Part shown: positions 23,301 to 37,661 of the stretch, piece by piece
Layout: each line of letters begins with the position of its first letter
Numbering within the stretch: position 1 is the stretch's first letter
Assembly: GCA_037447605.1 (NCBI GenBank)
Contig: CM074806.1
Span: forward strand, 4,464,001 to 4,528,000
DNA length: 64,000 nt
Direction of reading: 5' to 3'
Origin: Zygnema circumcarinatum SAG 698-1b
Lineage: Eukaryota > Plantae > Zygnematophyceae
Position numbers and translations under genes: made by a program
Notes under the pieces: model-generated
The model's database searches: none
What the model was told of the DNA's origin: nothing
Seen by the model: the letters and a program-made list of their open reading frames with translations, nothing else

Positions 23301-26300
23301 ATGCAAGTTCCAAGTCCCTCTGTGCCTCCAAGTATGCTTTGCGGAGTTGGAAGTCCCGACGAAGGGAAGGAGATGTCTGTGAAAAGGGAGGGAGGAGAAG
23401 GAGAGAGTGGGGAGGACGAAGAGGGAGCGATAAGAGGAAAGAGATTAAGAGTAGAAGGTACAGGAGCGGAGAGAGGGGAGGGAGAGGAAGGAAAGATAGA
23501 GGAAACATTGCTTTTAATGGCGGCTGAAGATCCTGTTCAAAGCACTCTCGATGGGTTCGACCATCCTCAGTGGATACCCCCAGCAATACGCTTTACTTCT
23601 GCATGGACTGGGTTTTTGACATCAACCCATCCAGCCCCTAACAAGAGGTATCGTGCTAAATGCACCTTCTGCAGCGCTGAAATGGATGGAAAAACTACGA
23701 ATCTTCGCCGGCATATGCTTAATAGATGCGCAGTGATCGATGCAGAAAGTCGGAGAATATACAGAGAACGTAGTATGCCAGAACCCACAGCAATAGCGGT
23801 AGCCGAAACAAGCAACATCAAAAGAAGTGCTGCAGATATGGGGCAGTCTTCAAAAGCACCGTTTGGGTTAAGGGTGATGGGAAATGAGGAGCAGGGTTTG
23901 CATGATAGGCACCTGTGTACAGCATTTGCCAGCTCCGATATTCCTTTTCGGCTTCTAAGTAATAAATCTTTCCGAGAATTTTTTGACAACCTTCCCATTC
24001 CGTATAAGCTCCCGACTAGAGAGGAGTTAGTTCAGCGAATTCTTCCAACCGAGTACGAGAAGGCAATGTCGGAGCTGGGCGATAAAATGAAAACCATTTC
24101 GGATGTGACATTATGTATGGATGGGTGGGAAGATGCGTCAGGTATGGCTCCTATTCCCCATTGCGTATGTTTGATTTTACGAAGAATTCTTTCGCGATCT
24201 GTTTTCACTCTGTTTTCATTGCTTGTAAGTGATGCCTTTTCTTGAAGAACTCGAGTCGTTGACGATATGTTTACTTGTTTATAATGTAACAGAATCTGAT
24301 TGTGTGGGTTTGCTGAATTGTACCCCATTCAGGCAATTCAATGTTCGCATTCATGGCATTGAAAGCTGGAGAGCAGCACATTTTAGATGTGACGGATCTC
24401 TCCGGCCTTAGACCAAATGCAACGAATTTGCGGACTGCATTAGCGGCAGCGATGGATCAATCTTTCCTTGAACCGTGGTCAGTGATTGCAATTGTAACGG
24501 ATAGTCCCACCATCATGGTGCGGGTACGCACTGATGTAAGCAGGGAGTTTCCGAACATCGTTCCTATCCGTTGTGCCCTCCATCAATACAATCTTATTAT
24601 GAGGGATATTGCAAAGCATCCTGTGGCAAACGAGGTATGCTTTTTATCTAGCAACTGCAATGAACCTCATTATATACTTACTCTAGAAAACTAAACTGTA
24701 TACTCTATTCGTAAAATCAGCTTTGAAGTCAGCCTAACCTAACCATACCCTGACCCTGACTTTAAGTCAGCCCCTTCAGTATTACACTCACCCTGAATTC
24801 AGCTTTGAAGCTAACCCCACTTTTAGTTTTCAGCCTGCAGAGTGAATCTTAACTGGAGTCTCACCTCAGCCTTGAAGTTAACTCTAATCCTATTTGCAGT
24901 GAACCCTAACTCTGACTTCAATTCAGTCTCCAAGTATTACCCTCACCCTGAATGCAACTTCATGGCTTACCCCAATCTTGGTTTCAGCTTACCGAGTGAA
25001 CCCTAACCCTAATCTCACTTCAGCCTTGAAGTTTGACCTAACCCTAATTTAAGTCTGAAAGAGAATCCTAATGCTGATTTCAATTCAGCCACCAATTACT
25101 GCCCTCTCCCTGAATGCAGCTTTGAGGACTACTCCATTCTTACCTGCACAGTGAACCCTAACCCTAATATCAGCCTTCAAATTCGCCTTCTACCTGAAAT
25201 TTAGCTCGTTCAACCAACCCCAACCCTCATTGTGTGCACCTCTCCCTTCTGCAGGTTGTGAAAACTAACGCAAAGTTGGTGAACTACTTTCTGTCATCAC
25301 ACTTTTGGCGCCGCAAACTTCAGAAATGGCAAATGGCCAACGGGATCAAACACTCTTTGCAAACTTTCTGCACTACACGGTGGTATTCAATGGCCCTTCT
25401 TTGTCTAGGAGTGGAATCTTTCGAACAAGGGTTCAAGTCTTGCTATGATGCTAGTGTTGACGATGCATCCTGTCCGCCGATGCCTCCAGCTATCATGTCA
25501 ATCATAAACAATCGTTTCCATTTCGCATACAACAGTGAGGTAACAAAGCTTGTCACCCCCATCATCAATGCAATTGGTCGCTTGGAATCTCGAGAAGCGA
25601 CCCTTGGAAGTGTATACGCAGAGCTTATTGAAAGTGTGGTCGCTATAAAGAAGACTTCGGTGGCTGGGCCAGTTCAGCCTTTGAAAGATCATGCACTAAC
25701 GGTCATCAATAAGGGGGCTCGTCAGTTTCGGGAAGACCATCCTCCTGATCAGGACATCTATATGTTGGCTTTGTTTCTTTCGCCACGTTACCGAAGGATG
25801 GCGGTATCTCGGTTTATGTCAGTGTATGACATGAAGAGGATTGCCTTGAACTTGGCAATAAAATGGAGCTTCACCAAAAGCGAAGCCCAAGAACTGTCCA
25901 GGCTATTTGATCGTTATTCTTGTCAAGAAGATGTGTTCGCTAAGCCAATTTCTTCTTATATGCCAAGGGACTATTGGCTTGAGATCAGTGGTGCGTACAT
26001 TCTGCGACGATTGGCACTGAAACTTTTTGGAGTAGTTCCTCATTCTGCTGAAGTGGAGCGGCTGTTTTCTTCCCTTTCCCTTTCTAAAACGAATAACCGC
26101 AACCGCATGAACCCCACAGCATTGAAAATGTTGGCAGTTGTGCGGAACAGTTCGACATCAGAAAGTGTAACTGGATCTACCCGAGTGCTAGTATCCAGAA
26201 ATGTGGGTAACAGCACAGATGTCACTTTTTCCGTCGGTTCTGAGGAAGAGGATGAAGTCCCACAACTTGAAGAAGTTGGAGATGTTGCTCCTTACGGTGA

Positions 26301-26415
26301 GATGGGAAATGGAGATGGAGCTGACTACTTTTTGGAAGAACTATTCGAGTTTGATATGTACGAAAATGCGTCACCTGGTGACAATTCGCTGCGAGCAGTT
26401 GAAGAATCGGCCTAG
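23301..26415 (+). CDS. BED zinc finger + DUF659/RNase H-like hAT transposase gene (active element or domesticated)
   Basis: Exons 23301-24141, 24333-24634, 25255-26415 join in frame. BED finger AKCTFCS...LRRHMLNRC; catalytic-type motifs TLCMDGWED, IVTDS, RCALH (CxxH), TRWYS, and dimerisation-domain SAEVERLFS...NRNRM. Non-coding upstream exon-like segments end at donors near 22554 and 22879. Confidence 0.88.
24715..25230. repeat. ~155-bp degenerate tandem repeat (about 3 copies) rich in AACCCT and TTCAG, in intron 2 of the hAT gene
   Basis: Recurring blocks gtattac(a/c)ctcaccctgaat near 24780, 24933 and 25093, and (g/c)agtgaa...ctcac(c/t)tcagccttgaagtt or similar near 24840, 24993 and 25149. 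Confidence 0.7.
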
Positions 26416-27160
26416 CCTATAGAAGATATCCGTTGACATTAGCTGTTTTAGATAGACATTGCGTTCATTTAGGGTTCTAGAGTTTCTAGGGTTAACGTTG
26501 CAATTGTACGTTTTGCAACAACGTGGCATAAAGCAAAATGAAAGTTTTCTGTCTAGTTTTTCAGGGTTAGTGTTTAAAAAGTTCTCCCTATGTGGTGATT
26601 CAAGGTCACAGTACTGAAATTCAATACTTTCCAAAATTTTAGATCCAAATTCATCGAAAACACACAGCTTTCAACCTTAGCCACAACACGCAATCCCTGG
26701 TCCCACAACAACTCAGTGAATTTGAATAATCTCTTACAAAAAAAGACGGGGTTCCGGGTGACCCTCCCTTCCGCTTCCAGCCTGTACAAGAAGTAGAAGC
26801 GCCCCTTCACAGTGCAGCCCCTGGCCTGCCCCCGCTCTCTACAGTGTTTCCTCTAGTAGCCAGAATCCTACTTCTATAAATTCTACGCCTGGTCACCCTT
26901 CAAAAGATAAGACCCTCTTTCTACTCTCCCCTCTTCAACCCTTCTCTCCCTCTCCCTCTCCCTTTCAACATACTCTATTGACAGAACAGTAAACCCCGCT
27001 TCCCTTCAGGAAACAGCCCCAAAGAGAAAAGCACTAGAAAACCCACATCTCCCACCTCCCCCAACACCTTCCTCTATAACTCTCCATTTCTCCCTCTGCC
27101 CCCCCTTTCTCTCCCCATACCCCATTTTCCTCTCAACCCTAAAGCAGACCCACGAGGCAG

Positions 27161-30100
27161 TTATATAAGGGAATCTGAGGAGGCGTGCTTAGCCGAGGCA
27201 GCGAACCCTGCGACGGCGTTGCTTGGCCTTGAATGCCCTCTCCTTCCAGGCCCTGCATAGCCCGCATCTGTGGGGTTGTCTGAACCACCTGAGGAAGCAG
27301 CTTCATAGCCGCTGCTTGGAGGTATCCGGCTGCTTGAAGGTACAGAAGGGGAGGCCATGGAGGGAGGGAATTTGGACATCTGTGGGAGCTCGCTCAGATT
27401 ATCTCTCCGCTTCATGCTGGCCCTTCTCGCCACATCCCACGCTCTCGCGGGGGCATTGATACCCTCCTGCAGACACCATGCATTCAGAGTTGGCTTATGT
27501 GAGAGAGTTTAGGGTTTTCAGGGTTTTTAGGGTTTTTAGGGTTTTTAAGGCTTTTAGGGGTTCTTCCTTTATAGGTGGCCCATGAGCAATGCAAATTGGG
27601 CTGCGAAAAGCGCATTGGCTTTTAGGGTTTTTAGGGTGCCTCCTGAGCTCACTTCTATGTGAGGCAGTATGTGAGGTAGTGGTCTTCAAAGCATGAGGGG
27701 AGGGGAGGGGAGGGGAGGGAGGCTTCACCTGCTGCGCAAAGAAGGACTCGAAACCTGGAGTGTCAAAAGCAAAGCCTGTGTGCTTCTTGGAGGCGAGCTG
27801 CGGCAAGGAGGCCATTCCTTGGCGACGCTGCTCCTCTCTGTCGGGTCTGCATATAATATGGAGGAGAATAGTGAGCAGAACAGATTTCAGCTTCTTCTCA
27901 AGAATTAGGGTTCTCTACTACTCTCCGTGTTGGGCCTTCACTATTCATTTGTGTTGGGAACCCGGCTGAAATTACGAGGAAAGCTCTATGAACTATGGTT
28001 AGTTAGGGTTGTGATTTATCTCATCGGCTAGAAAAGAGAAAATGCTACGTGAAGGCCCCCCTGAATACAGAGAAGCTGAAAGGTGAAGTTTTTTACAGTG
28101 GCGGAGGCTCCGTGAGGCTCTCCATTTCCATGACGCGATCTCCGCTATACTCTTCGCCCTTGTGATACTTGACATCTTCTTGCACAATCTGATAATCGAA
28201 TGCCAATAACCACCTCTGCAACCTGCAGCCAGAATATGAAACAATTTACCATTTGCATATACATATTCACAAATGAATTGCCCAAGAAGTGGTATAAAGA
28301 AGAAGTAGCTAATTGAAAATGCGTCACTTCAAGGGAAGAAAGACAAAAGAGGAGAGGAAGGAGGAATGTATGAAGGATGAACTTACCCACTGTACAAGAA
28401 GTCCGGGAGAAGTGCGCATACAGGGACAAGAATCAGAGTCAACCAAAAGTATGGCGTTTTCATCAACACATAGATGACCCAATATTGATTTGACTGTGCC
28501 AACATCAAACACATCAAGAATGTCAGAAACCATGTGAGGAAGTATGCCATTAACTCCAGTTGACCGATCGAACGGTCGATTTCGAACAACCCAAAAACTC
28601 TTTGAAAGGCTTTGTTGAATCTTCCTTTGTTTCTGTAATTCACTTTCTTCCTTCCATTCTACATAAGCCCTTCTCACCTGTGACTCCCAGGCTGTGTTAT
28701 CTCCAGTTGGCTTGATCGCATCGTAGATTAACACACTGATGAACCATATGAGGATGCTGAGACTTATACTCAAGCCGTGCCATATGTTGAAATAGTCAAC
28801 CATGAGCAGTAGTCTCAAGTTAACCACAATAATCACACATGCATACGACATAGTACCTGCAAGAGGTAGGCCCCCCTTCACCTTATCGTCAGGACTTGAA
28901 AGTATTGTCATCACCAGATATGAAGTTTAAAGACAGAGGATGAACCCTTAAACCCTACAGCCTCGAGAACTCTTAACCCTCTGGAGTAAGATTTGGAGGC
29001 TCTGAAAACAAAGGAAACTCAATTAGGCAGCAAAGGAAGTTCATTTGATTATTCGGGGGATCAATAAGGAGCGAGTGTATCACCAACATCCCATAAGCCG
29101 ATGACTTTTCCGCTGCCAGCTTCTCCAGTGAAGCCACCAGATTCCGAGAAGAAGAAGATGATTACAGACTGATAGAAAGCGAAGAAAAGCCATATGCTGA
29201 GGATGTTCCAAGTGAAAAAGGAGTTCCGTATCCCTGCCTTGTAAAGCTGTGGATATTGTTTAGCCCACTTTGCATCCACATCCTGCGAGAAAAAGCAGAC
29301 GAAATTTCACATGGGTACTCCTAAACCTTTGGAATTTCCGAGTCTCCGAGCCATGGGAGGAAAAAAGATGGCACAACAGACTTGATTCAAGAGTATTGTT
29401 TGCAACAACTTGGCAGCAAAAGCCAAAAACAAAACAAAAAAACCCATGGATTTCCCCACTTTGCGTAGTTATGTACCAAGAAAGTGGGTGTGCTGTTCAA
29501 CCCCAAATCAAATACTTCTTTAAAAGCGAGAAGTATCGATTGCGGATAGAACCCTTTTTTTAACCTTCTAGATCATTAACCTTTGTCACCAGAGCTTTCA
29601 CAGAGAGTCAGAGAGAAGATATAAGTGAGAAAGGTAGGGCTGGAAAGGCATAGAAAGAGTTTCTTGCAGGTGACCCCATACCTTATCGAAGAGCCCTACA
29701 ACAACGACCGGCAGAGCAGTGAAGGCAACATTATAAAGGGATTGGAACCAATCATCATAAAGCCTTTGGCCGGAAAAGCCGGAGAAGCAGTTGAACCAAA
29801 AGGTGGTTAATGTGAACGCCAAGTTTTTATAAAAGAAGTAGCAAATGACCTACATCACAGCAGAGTTGCAAGGTAAGCGATATTTGAAACATAGATCAAA
29901 GTTCTTTCGGATGAATGAGACAGTGTCCCACTAACAACCGTTAATTGAAGAAAGCGAAAGGAGCAAAATGAGGAAGGCCAGAAACTCCAACACAACCTCT
30001 CCTTCCCTCCACTCTCCCCTCTCCCCCCTTCCCCTCTCCTCCCTTCCTTCCCTTCCTTTCCCTTCTCTCCATCTCCTTTCATAGACTCCAAAACAACCTC

Positions 30101-33100
30101 TCCTTTCCTCCCCCTTTCCCCTCTCCCCCCTCTCCTCCCGTCCCGTCCCTCCCGTTACCTTCCCTTTCATTAACTCCAAAACAGCCTCGCTTTCCCTCTC
30201 CTCTCCCCCCTCCCCTTCCTTCCCTTCCCTCCCTTTACCTTCCCTTTCAAAACTCCANNNNNNNNNNCCCCCCCCCCCCCCCCCCCTCTCCCACCTTTCC
30301 GTCTCCTCCCTCCCCTTCCCTTCCCCTCCCTTCCCTTCCCTTCTCTTTCCTCCCTCCCCCTCTCCCTCTCCCTTCTCCTCCGCCATACTGACCTTTGACA
30401 AGCGGATGTATGACCAGCGCCCATGCACGAGGAGGAGGTCTGAGAGGAAGCGGAACTGCGCAATAGAAAAGTCTGCTGCAAGGACCGCCTGCATTCCCTC
30501 CAAGCCGCTGATTCCCACTCCCACATGGGCTGCCTGAATCATGCTCACATCATTTGCTCCATCCCCAATACTTAGCGTGATTTTACCAGCTCCCTCCTTC
30601 ATTAACGATGTGACCTGTAAAACCAACAGGTCCGAAGCAATAAGAGTGTCAGACAGAGGGAGCAAACCGAGCAATTTTTCTTGGGCTTGGAAGGTGGACA
30701 TGAAGTTAGTTAGTCTCTTCAGTGGCTTGGTTAAGTGGCTTGGTTAAGTGGCTTGGTTAAATCGTACGTATAGAGTCCATAAAAATTCCCATACACTCAT
30801 ACACCTGCAAACAAATAGTGTCAGCCTTTCGCACTCTTATATTTCCAAGGATTGCATATCAGATATGGCCTTCCAGCACACATTCTAGAAGATTTTCCCG
30901 AGAAGAAGTCCCAAACTCCTGAAGACCTCTACACGCGTGGCGAGAGAAGGGGAGGGAGAGAAGGAGCGAGAGGGAGAGGGAGAAAGCAGCACCTGTGCTT
31001 TTTGGAGAGGGGAAACACGGCAGCAGAGAACTCCCTTGCAGATGATTCCAAGCTGAAGAAGAGTTCCACGCATGAGGGGGTCCAACGCATACATTAGACA
31101 CCGACCGTCGATAATAAGAGCGCATGGAAACCCCTCTCTGTCAATCACAACTGCCTGCCGGAGAGCATCTCGCAGCTGCTGAAAGACCAGCTCCCGAATG
31201 ACTCGTGCTGTTTCAACAGCATCTCCCTGCAACATTTTTGCATACATTTTGCATTTTGTAAGACTCCGGTAAAGTATCGAAAGAGATAAATTGATAAGTA
31301 AGGCTCGTGCAAATCTCACGTTTGTTTTAAGGTCCCATGTTTAGTCACATGTTTGAAGGTCACATGCTTCGTCACATTTTTCAGGTCTAAATGGAATATC
31401 AGTCCACCGAAAGAGGAGGATGAAGAGTCCCAAGATAAAGTATGGGATGATGATATCCCCTACTCTGATAGTTCCTCTTGCTTTTGGTATTGACGATTAG
31501 AAATGAGAAATGCAGAAATGCAGAAGGCAATAAACTAGGATTTAAAAAAGAGAAGGCCACCTCCTGCAGCTTTTACAGCTTACCCGTTCTTCAATTTCCC
31601 GGATTGCTTCTGTCTCTGAGCTGATAATGAACTGCTTCATTTCATTTGTCAGAAGGGAGCAAGCTGCAAACAGATTGCCAGTTTGGAACCATCAGTCCGA
31701 CCATTTTCATGTTATCTTTTCAGCTTATCGATAATTCTCTAGCCTGAAGTCTGAAGCTAATTACAATACCTTGCCAATTTACTAAGTATACTTCCTTCCT
31801 GAAAGTTGAAGACCCAGCTTACATGTAATTCCACGAGACGAGCTACACACCCAATAGTAAATAGCCCCAAAGGCTGACAAAAATGCTTGGGTACGAAAGC
31901 GGAAAAAGACGATAGAATGGTTTGATATGTACCATATGCAATGTTGATAGCAGTCTCCATTTTGTCCCCAGTAAGCACCCAGATCTTGATGCCTGCTTTT
32001 CGCAGCGTTTCGATGCACTGAGGGACCCCATCTTGAAGCTTATCTTCTATGGCAGTGCAGCCAAGAAGGATAAGCTTTCGCTCAATAATGTCAGCCATCT
32101 GAACATAACAAACCATGACTTCATCTCCTGTGAATAAGATGTCATCTGTTGGATCATTTTCCAACATCCTGTGAATGACTGAGACTGATGACTTTCTATC
32201 ATAATTAGTGCCACAAATCGAGCATATCACAAAAAAGTTTGAAGCTAATTCAATTCAAAAACCTACAACAATATGCGACAAGTGCATACCTATCTCTCTT
32301 TCTGCTGCATCCAGCAGCAATCTCTATCTCTCTAACACTCTCTCGAATGCAGGTTGCAATGCAGCATGTGCTTAGATCTGCTAAATTCACATAAAGCTAG
32401 CTGTACTATCAAGCTACACATATAACTTGTAAGTTACAGGTAAACAAACTGCCAAAACAAAACCGAAACAAGTCACATATTCTGCACTTCCTCACTTAGA
32501 CGAGCACATACAGCAGGAATAAAGCTCTGCAGCAGCCTGCAGCCTGCTTGCAGTATAACTTCACCAAACCAGTCTCTGACTGAACTCTGACCTATTTGCT
32601 TGGAGGAATCAGTACCTCTTCCAGACGTTTTTCTCTCTCTCTGAGGGTCGACTTGGCCTGAATCATGCGTTCATTCCACTGCTGATAGAATTCCTCGTCG
32701 AGCTCTCGATAAGCCAAACAGAGAGTCCTCAAACCATCACATCCAAACTTCTCCAGATGCTGCCTAGTAACCTCCTTAAAGGGATTGCCCTCCTCTGCCA
32801 GCCTCTCAAACATAACGCTATCGGCTCCCTGCAATTAGGAGCAATATCAAAGTTAAATGCTTACGGAAGTCTACCAAATGGATAAACTGTATTATACAGT
32901 TTCATTTTGTTTAGAAAAAAGTAGGTTGCTTTTGGTTTTCTTTGAAGTTTATGAGGTTTGACGAGCACACACCTTACAGTAGAGCACCAACCGGCCATTG
33001 GGGTATCGACATACGACCGACTGCCTTTTCCGAACACTATTGAATTCCAGCACATTCAGAATTTCATACTCCACATCCTGAACTCGGCCGAGTTTCTCGA

Positions 33101-36100
33101 CGTGAGATTCCCGAACTCGAATGCTGGTCGGTGTTCTCCTGCAAGTTTAAGACGAAAAACAACAAACCCAGAAATCAGTTTCTAGTAGTGGATCTTATTG
33201 TAATACGACTGCAAGGCATTTACAAGAAACACAAGTGGAGCCTAAAAGGGGCTTATGAATCTCCATCACCTGTAGAAAAAGAAGCCAAAATTTTTGGAAG
33301 CAGCGACCATCGCTGCTTCATCAGGTGATGCTGCCAAATAGTCTATCTCCTCAGGATTCTCCTCCCCCTCTGGCAGGACTGTGTGGCAGACTGCCAACAG
33401 GCGAAAAAACTCCTGTACAAATAGCCCCCCAAAAATACTACATCTTAATTAAAAAGCCAAATTCACACCCTGCAGAGACTAATCCAACAAATAAACCTCT
33501 TCATCAGGATTCGTACATGCTCCCCTTACACATGTTCAAATTACGATATTTAGAGTTTTTTAGGGTTGCATACATTGAATTACACGTGGTTTTTTCATAC
33601 CTTGCAGACTTCCGCATTGGGCTCCTGTCGCCAGGCCCCTCTCATAAGCCTCTTATCATCAAAATTGAAGCCTTTCTCGTGCATGAAGTCATCAGACGAA
33701 TTTTTCTGTTCCAAAACGACATAGAACACACTAAACTCATCAAATTCATTCCTTCAAATCACTTTCTCCAGCAGCAGACTCTCTTTTTGGCTAAGTTTTT
33801 CCCACAAACCGCTGACTTATAACAATTAAACTCTTCTTCCACCAATGTTTTCCCTCCTGCCCGTTTCAGACAGGAGTTGCCCATCAAACTCGTGGTTGGC
33901 ATTTCTTCAGAGTGTAAGGCTGCCTCTGAAGAAAGGCCAAAAGATAATACCAGAGGCTCTAGCTCATGTTCCCGCCCATCAACTCTCCGATGTGTTCCCT
34001 CATGGAGCCCTCCTACATATGAACGGTATTCCTGCGTCCACCGCCGAAGCATTTCTCTTCAGAGGACAACCTCTCCCATGTATATGCGGAGTCTGACTAA
34101 CCCTCTGAATCTCTTGACTAACCGACTACAGTCCGAGTCCTTGCTTCTCCCACGCAAAGGGCACTCCTTCGGGGCCCCCACTTTGCCTCTTTCTTTGGAG
34201 AAGCTGAATCGCTAGGGGCTACGTTCCCTCAACATACTTTTTGCTTACGAAAGGCAGACATCATGAAGGGGAGGAGAAGGGGGGGGGGGGGGGAGGGGAA
34301 GAGCCCTTCACAGTCTCTTGAGCTGTAGGAAAACCTTAAATAATGATAATAATAATAATGATACTATTGTGTGGTTTTCACTGACCTGTGTCGGAAGGCC
34401 GGCTCGTAAAGCTGCTGCTCGCTGAATTTCCGTCACACCCGTGCCATACATTGTGCCTGCTATCGAGCATTTGAAGAACTCCATCATGTTCCTTGTAAGA
34501 GTACCCGTTTTATCGGAGAATATGTACTCCACCTGAACAACAGATAAAACAATAGATAAGAGAGAAAACCAGTAGATCGAATTATGATAGCGGCTCCATA
34601 GAATGCATAGAAAAATAAGAAACCGCATGAGAAATCGGACAAAAATCTGCCTCGCCAATGCGAATAATGCTTTTTGTGATCATTCATCTATGTACCTATC
34701 GAAACAGTAAAAATAAAGTTATGCAACTTTTACAAACCTGACCAAGCTCCTCATTCAGATTTGAAGTGCGTGCAGAGGCCCAAATGCCAGTCTCGCGGTG
34801 GTACATATTCAAGTCTTTGTTGATGAACTGAGTGGACTGGATGAACTTGATCATCTGTTCGGCGGAAATAGGGAACAAGGAAACGATGGTTTTACAGACC
34901 GCAGAAAAAGGTACGGAAGGCGAGACTTTGTAAAGATAAAAGGAACGGATTCAGCAGAGTAGCAATTGGCTACCATTATATTGATTTTGAGAAAAGTAGC
35001 TCACCTCAATTGACACATAAAGTGAAATGGGGATGATTGTTGAGTATAGTGTCAAGAGAGTAAAAATAGCCAATATTCCAACCTGCAAAAAATATATAAA
35101 GGGAATAGGCCTCTGTCATTCAAATTTGTGCATTCTTCAACAGCAAAGGGGGAAATGGAAAAGGGAAAAAAAGGGCAAACGAGAAACAACACGGTTTAGT
35201 CAAGGCAGTATCGAGTCTCCTAACGTATTTTCTCAGTGAAATAAATTTCAAGAAAATCCGGTTTTCCCACAATCCAATCCATGAACTCCTTTAGATGTTA
35301 CTTTCTTTAGAAAAAATGGCTCAAGAGCATACCACAAATCGGTTGTCCGGGTCGAATTGGGGCTCTCCAGCAGTTTTGTCCAGCTGTAAATACCAATACT
35401 TGTAGTCCAGAAATACAGCACTGCTCGACAAAATTAGAAAGCAAGAGGTGATTTAGCTTTCTTTACCTGAACAATATAAAATGGGTCTTATACCCAAACC
35501 TTCATACTATATTGCATACCCAACAGATATGAAAATTTGCACAGGCCAGCACTAGTACGTCCAAGCATTGTCAGCCTTTATAAACAGCTCAGCTTACATT
35601 CACTTCCGAAAGGGATGATAAAAGCATGACAAACCTGCCAACAGCCCCAACGAAGCATAGAGTGAACAGGATGAGGAACAAGATGAGAATGACGGAATCG
35701 AGTCGACGCTCCATAGTGCTCCGCTTCGAAGGCACATCCATAGTATTCATCATCACCTGCACAAACACTCGCAGAAAGAAGGGAAATTCAGAGGACTGAA
35801 AACAGCTTCAAAGCAAAAGGAGAGGGTGTGCAAACTTAAAGGAGGGGGGAAGGAAAAAAGGAAGGGAAGGAGAGGAAAGGGGAGGAGGGAAATGCGAGAG
35901 GGGGAGTTGGAGGAGAAGCGGGACAAGGAGGGGGAGGGAGGGAAAAAGGCGAAGGGGGGGGGGGGGGGGAGGGAAAGGGGAGGGATGGAAGGGGAGAGGG
36001 AGCGGGAGCTGGAGGGGAAGGGTAGGGAAAGCATCTCGTCCGCTCACCTTAGTCTCATGCCCGGTAAATATGACAGCCCCAACAATCCATTCTGTGTTCC

Positions 36101-37592
36101 TCAGGCTGCATCCCTGCAACCCCATTTTCAAAAAAGAAGCAAAACGAGCATCCCCGTTATGCATGCTCGCACAAATGGGAAAGATGGCCTGACTTTGACT
36201 AGTAGGGTGCTTGAGAACACGGGAGAAAAAGGAAAAACAATCATAGAGAATAGTAGCAGAGTCACACTCCCAAGGCACGCAAGAAGCCACCGGCCCCCTT
36301 ATCTCTCTCTCTCCCCTCCACGATCATTCTATACCTCACCCCTTTCTCCCTCCCCGCTTCCTCCTCCATCTCCTATCTCTTGCCTACCCAGAACAAGGGA
36401 TAACAAACAACAAAAGCAATGAGTTCTCATATGAATCTTACACGTAAAAGAATTTGGTTGGGAGAAATTGGCAAAGTTTGCTTCCCGATCACCAAATTCC
36501 CCGTGAATGTGTAAAGCGAATTGTTCGGCTGCTCGCACTCAATCATTCCTGTTGCCAAAAATCCCATTTAATAGATTTTTAGTCAAGTCTAGGTTTGCTC
36601 TTTGTTTCCCAGTGCTACAATGTCGTGATATAAAAGCCGAGTGAGGTCAAAGGGAGCACACCTCTGAATTCTGAAACTGCATCTGCTGTGATGTAGTCCC
36701 AAGTTCGCTCCAGTGCTTTCCGAATCTTTAAGTTTGTCTCTCCGTCTAAGTTTGAAGTCTACAAGTTTATCAAACAACCCAATATGCGATTCCTTTATAC
36801 GGTGTCAATATAACTTACAACCCCAGCACACTGCTTTGTGCCAATTTTCAGTTTCAAGCCTTGGAGAACAGGACCTCTCCTACTCCTGCCTCTGGAAGGA
36901 ATGGAGAAAGCGAGGAAAAAAGAAGAACCGACTATACAGTTGTGCCCTCAGTTCTATCACTCTTGCTTCCTTTCACTGCAGCTCAGATAAGCCTAAGCCC
37001 ACAAAACTTGAAACAAGGAAGATTGAAGTGGCGTACCTCAATGTAGCAGATTCCATCCGCGTTTGTGCTTGCTAAACACAAAAGGTCAGCAGGAAAGTAG
37101 TGATCTGACTTGACCTGCATGTCAAAACAGTCCAGCTATAATTGACTGTCCTCTTTAAATACTAGCAAGTCCTTTCCTTACACATTAACACGCATCATCA
37201 TCCTCATAAACTTTTTCAGTTACATTTACTCTTATATGGAAATGGAGGGCAGGGAGCAATGTTTTGGCGGAACCACTCGTTTTAAAGACAGCAACTTACC
37301 CTGACAATGTCCCCCACTCTAACATTTGCCCAAGCAGTTGAAACCCACTCGTTTCCGTGAAGAACTTCAGTTACACTTGCGTTGATTATTTTATCACTGT
37401 TGAACCGTTTCTGCATTCACATAAGCAGCCCAAGTGGTCATGCTTAGTGTCTCTCGAATCATTCCAAGTAAGTTGCCCTCACCGAAAACATTCATAGAAG
37501 AGAAATCAATGCAGAACGGAAGAGGAGAAGTGAAGAATAGAGGTGGCCAAATGCTCCAACCAAGGGGAAAGGGGAGAGAGAAAGAGAAGGCG

Positions 37593-37661
<69 letters not shown>

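Noticed and set aside
22084-26823. A defined autonomous hAT element bounded by CAAGGGCTGC and GCAGCCCCTG
   Set aside because: Only a 9/10 inverted match with no 8-bp target duplication; not enough to annotate element boundaries.
33740-34380. Short ORFs on both strands in an ALA3 intron (33759-34052, 33877-34215)
   Set aside because: The flanking exons join correctly without them, and no transposon or protein motif is recognisable.
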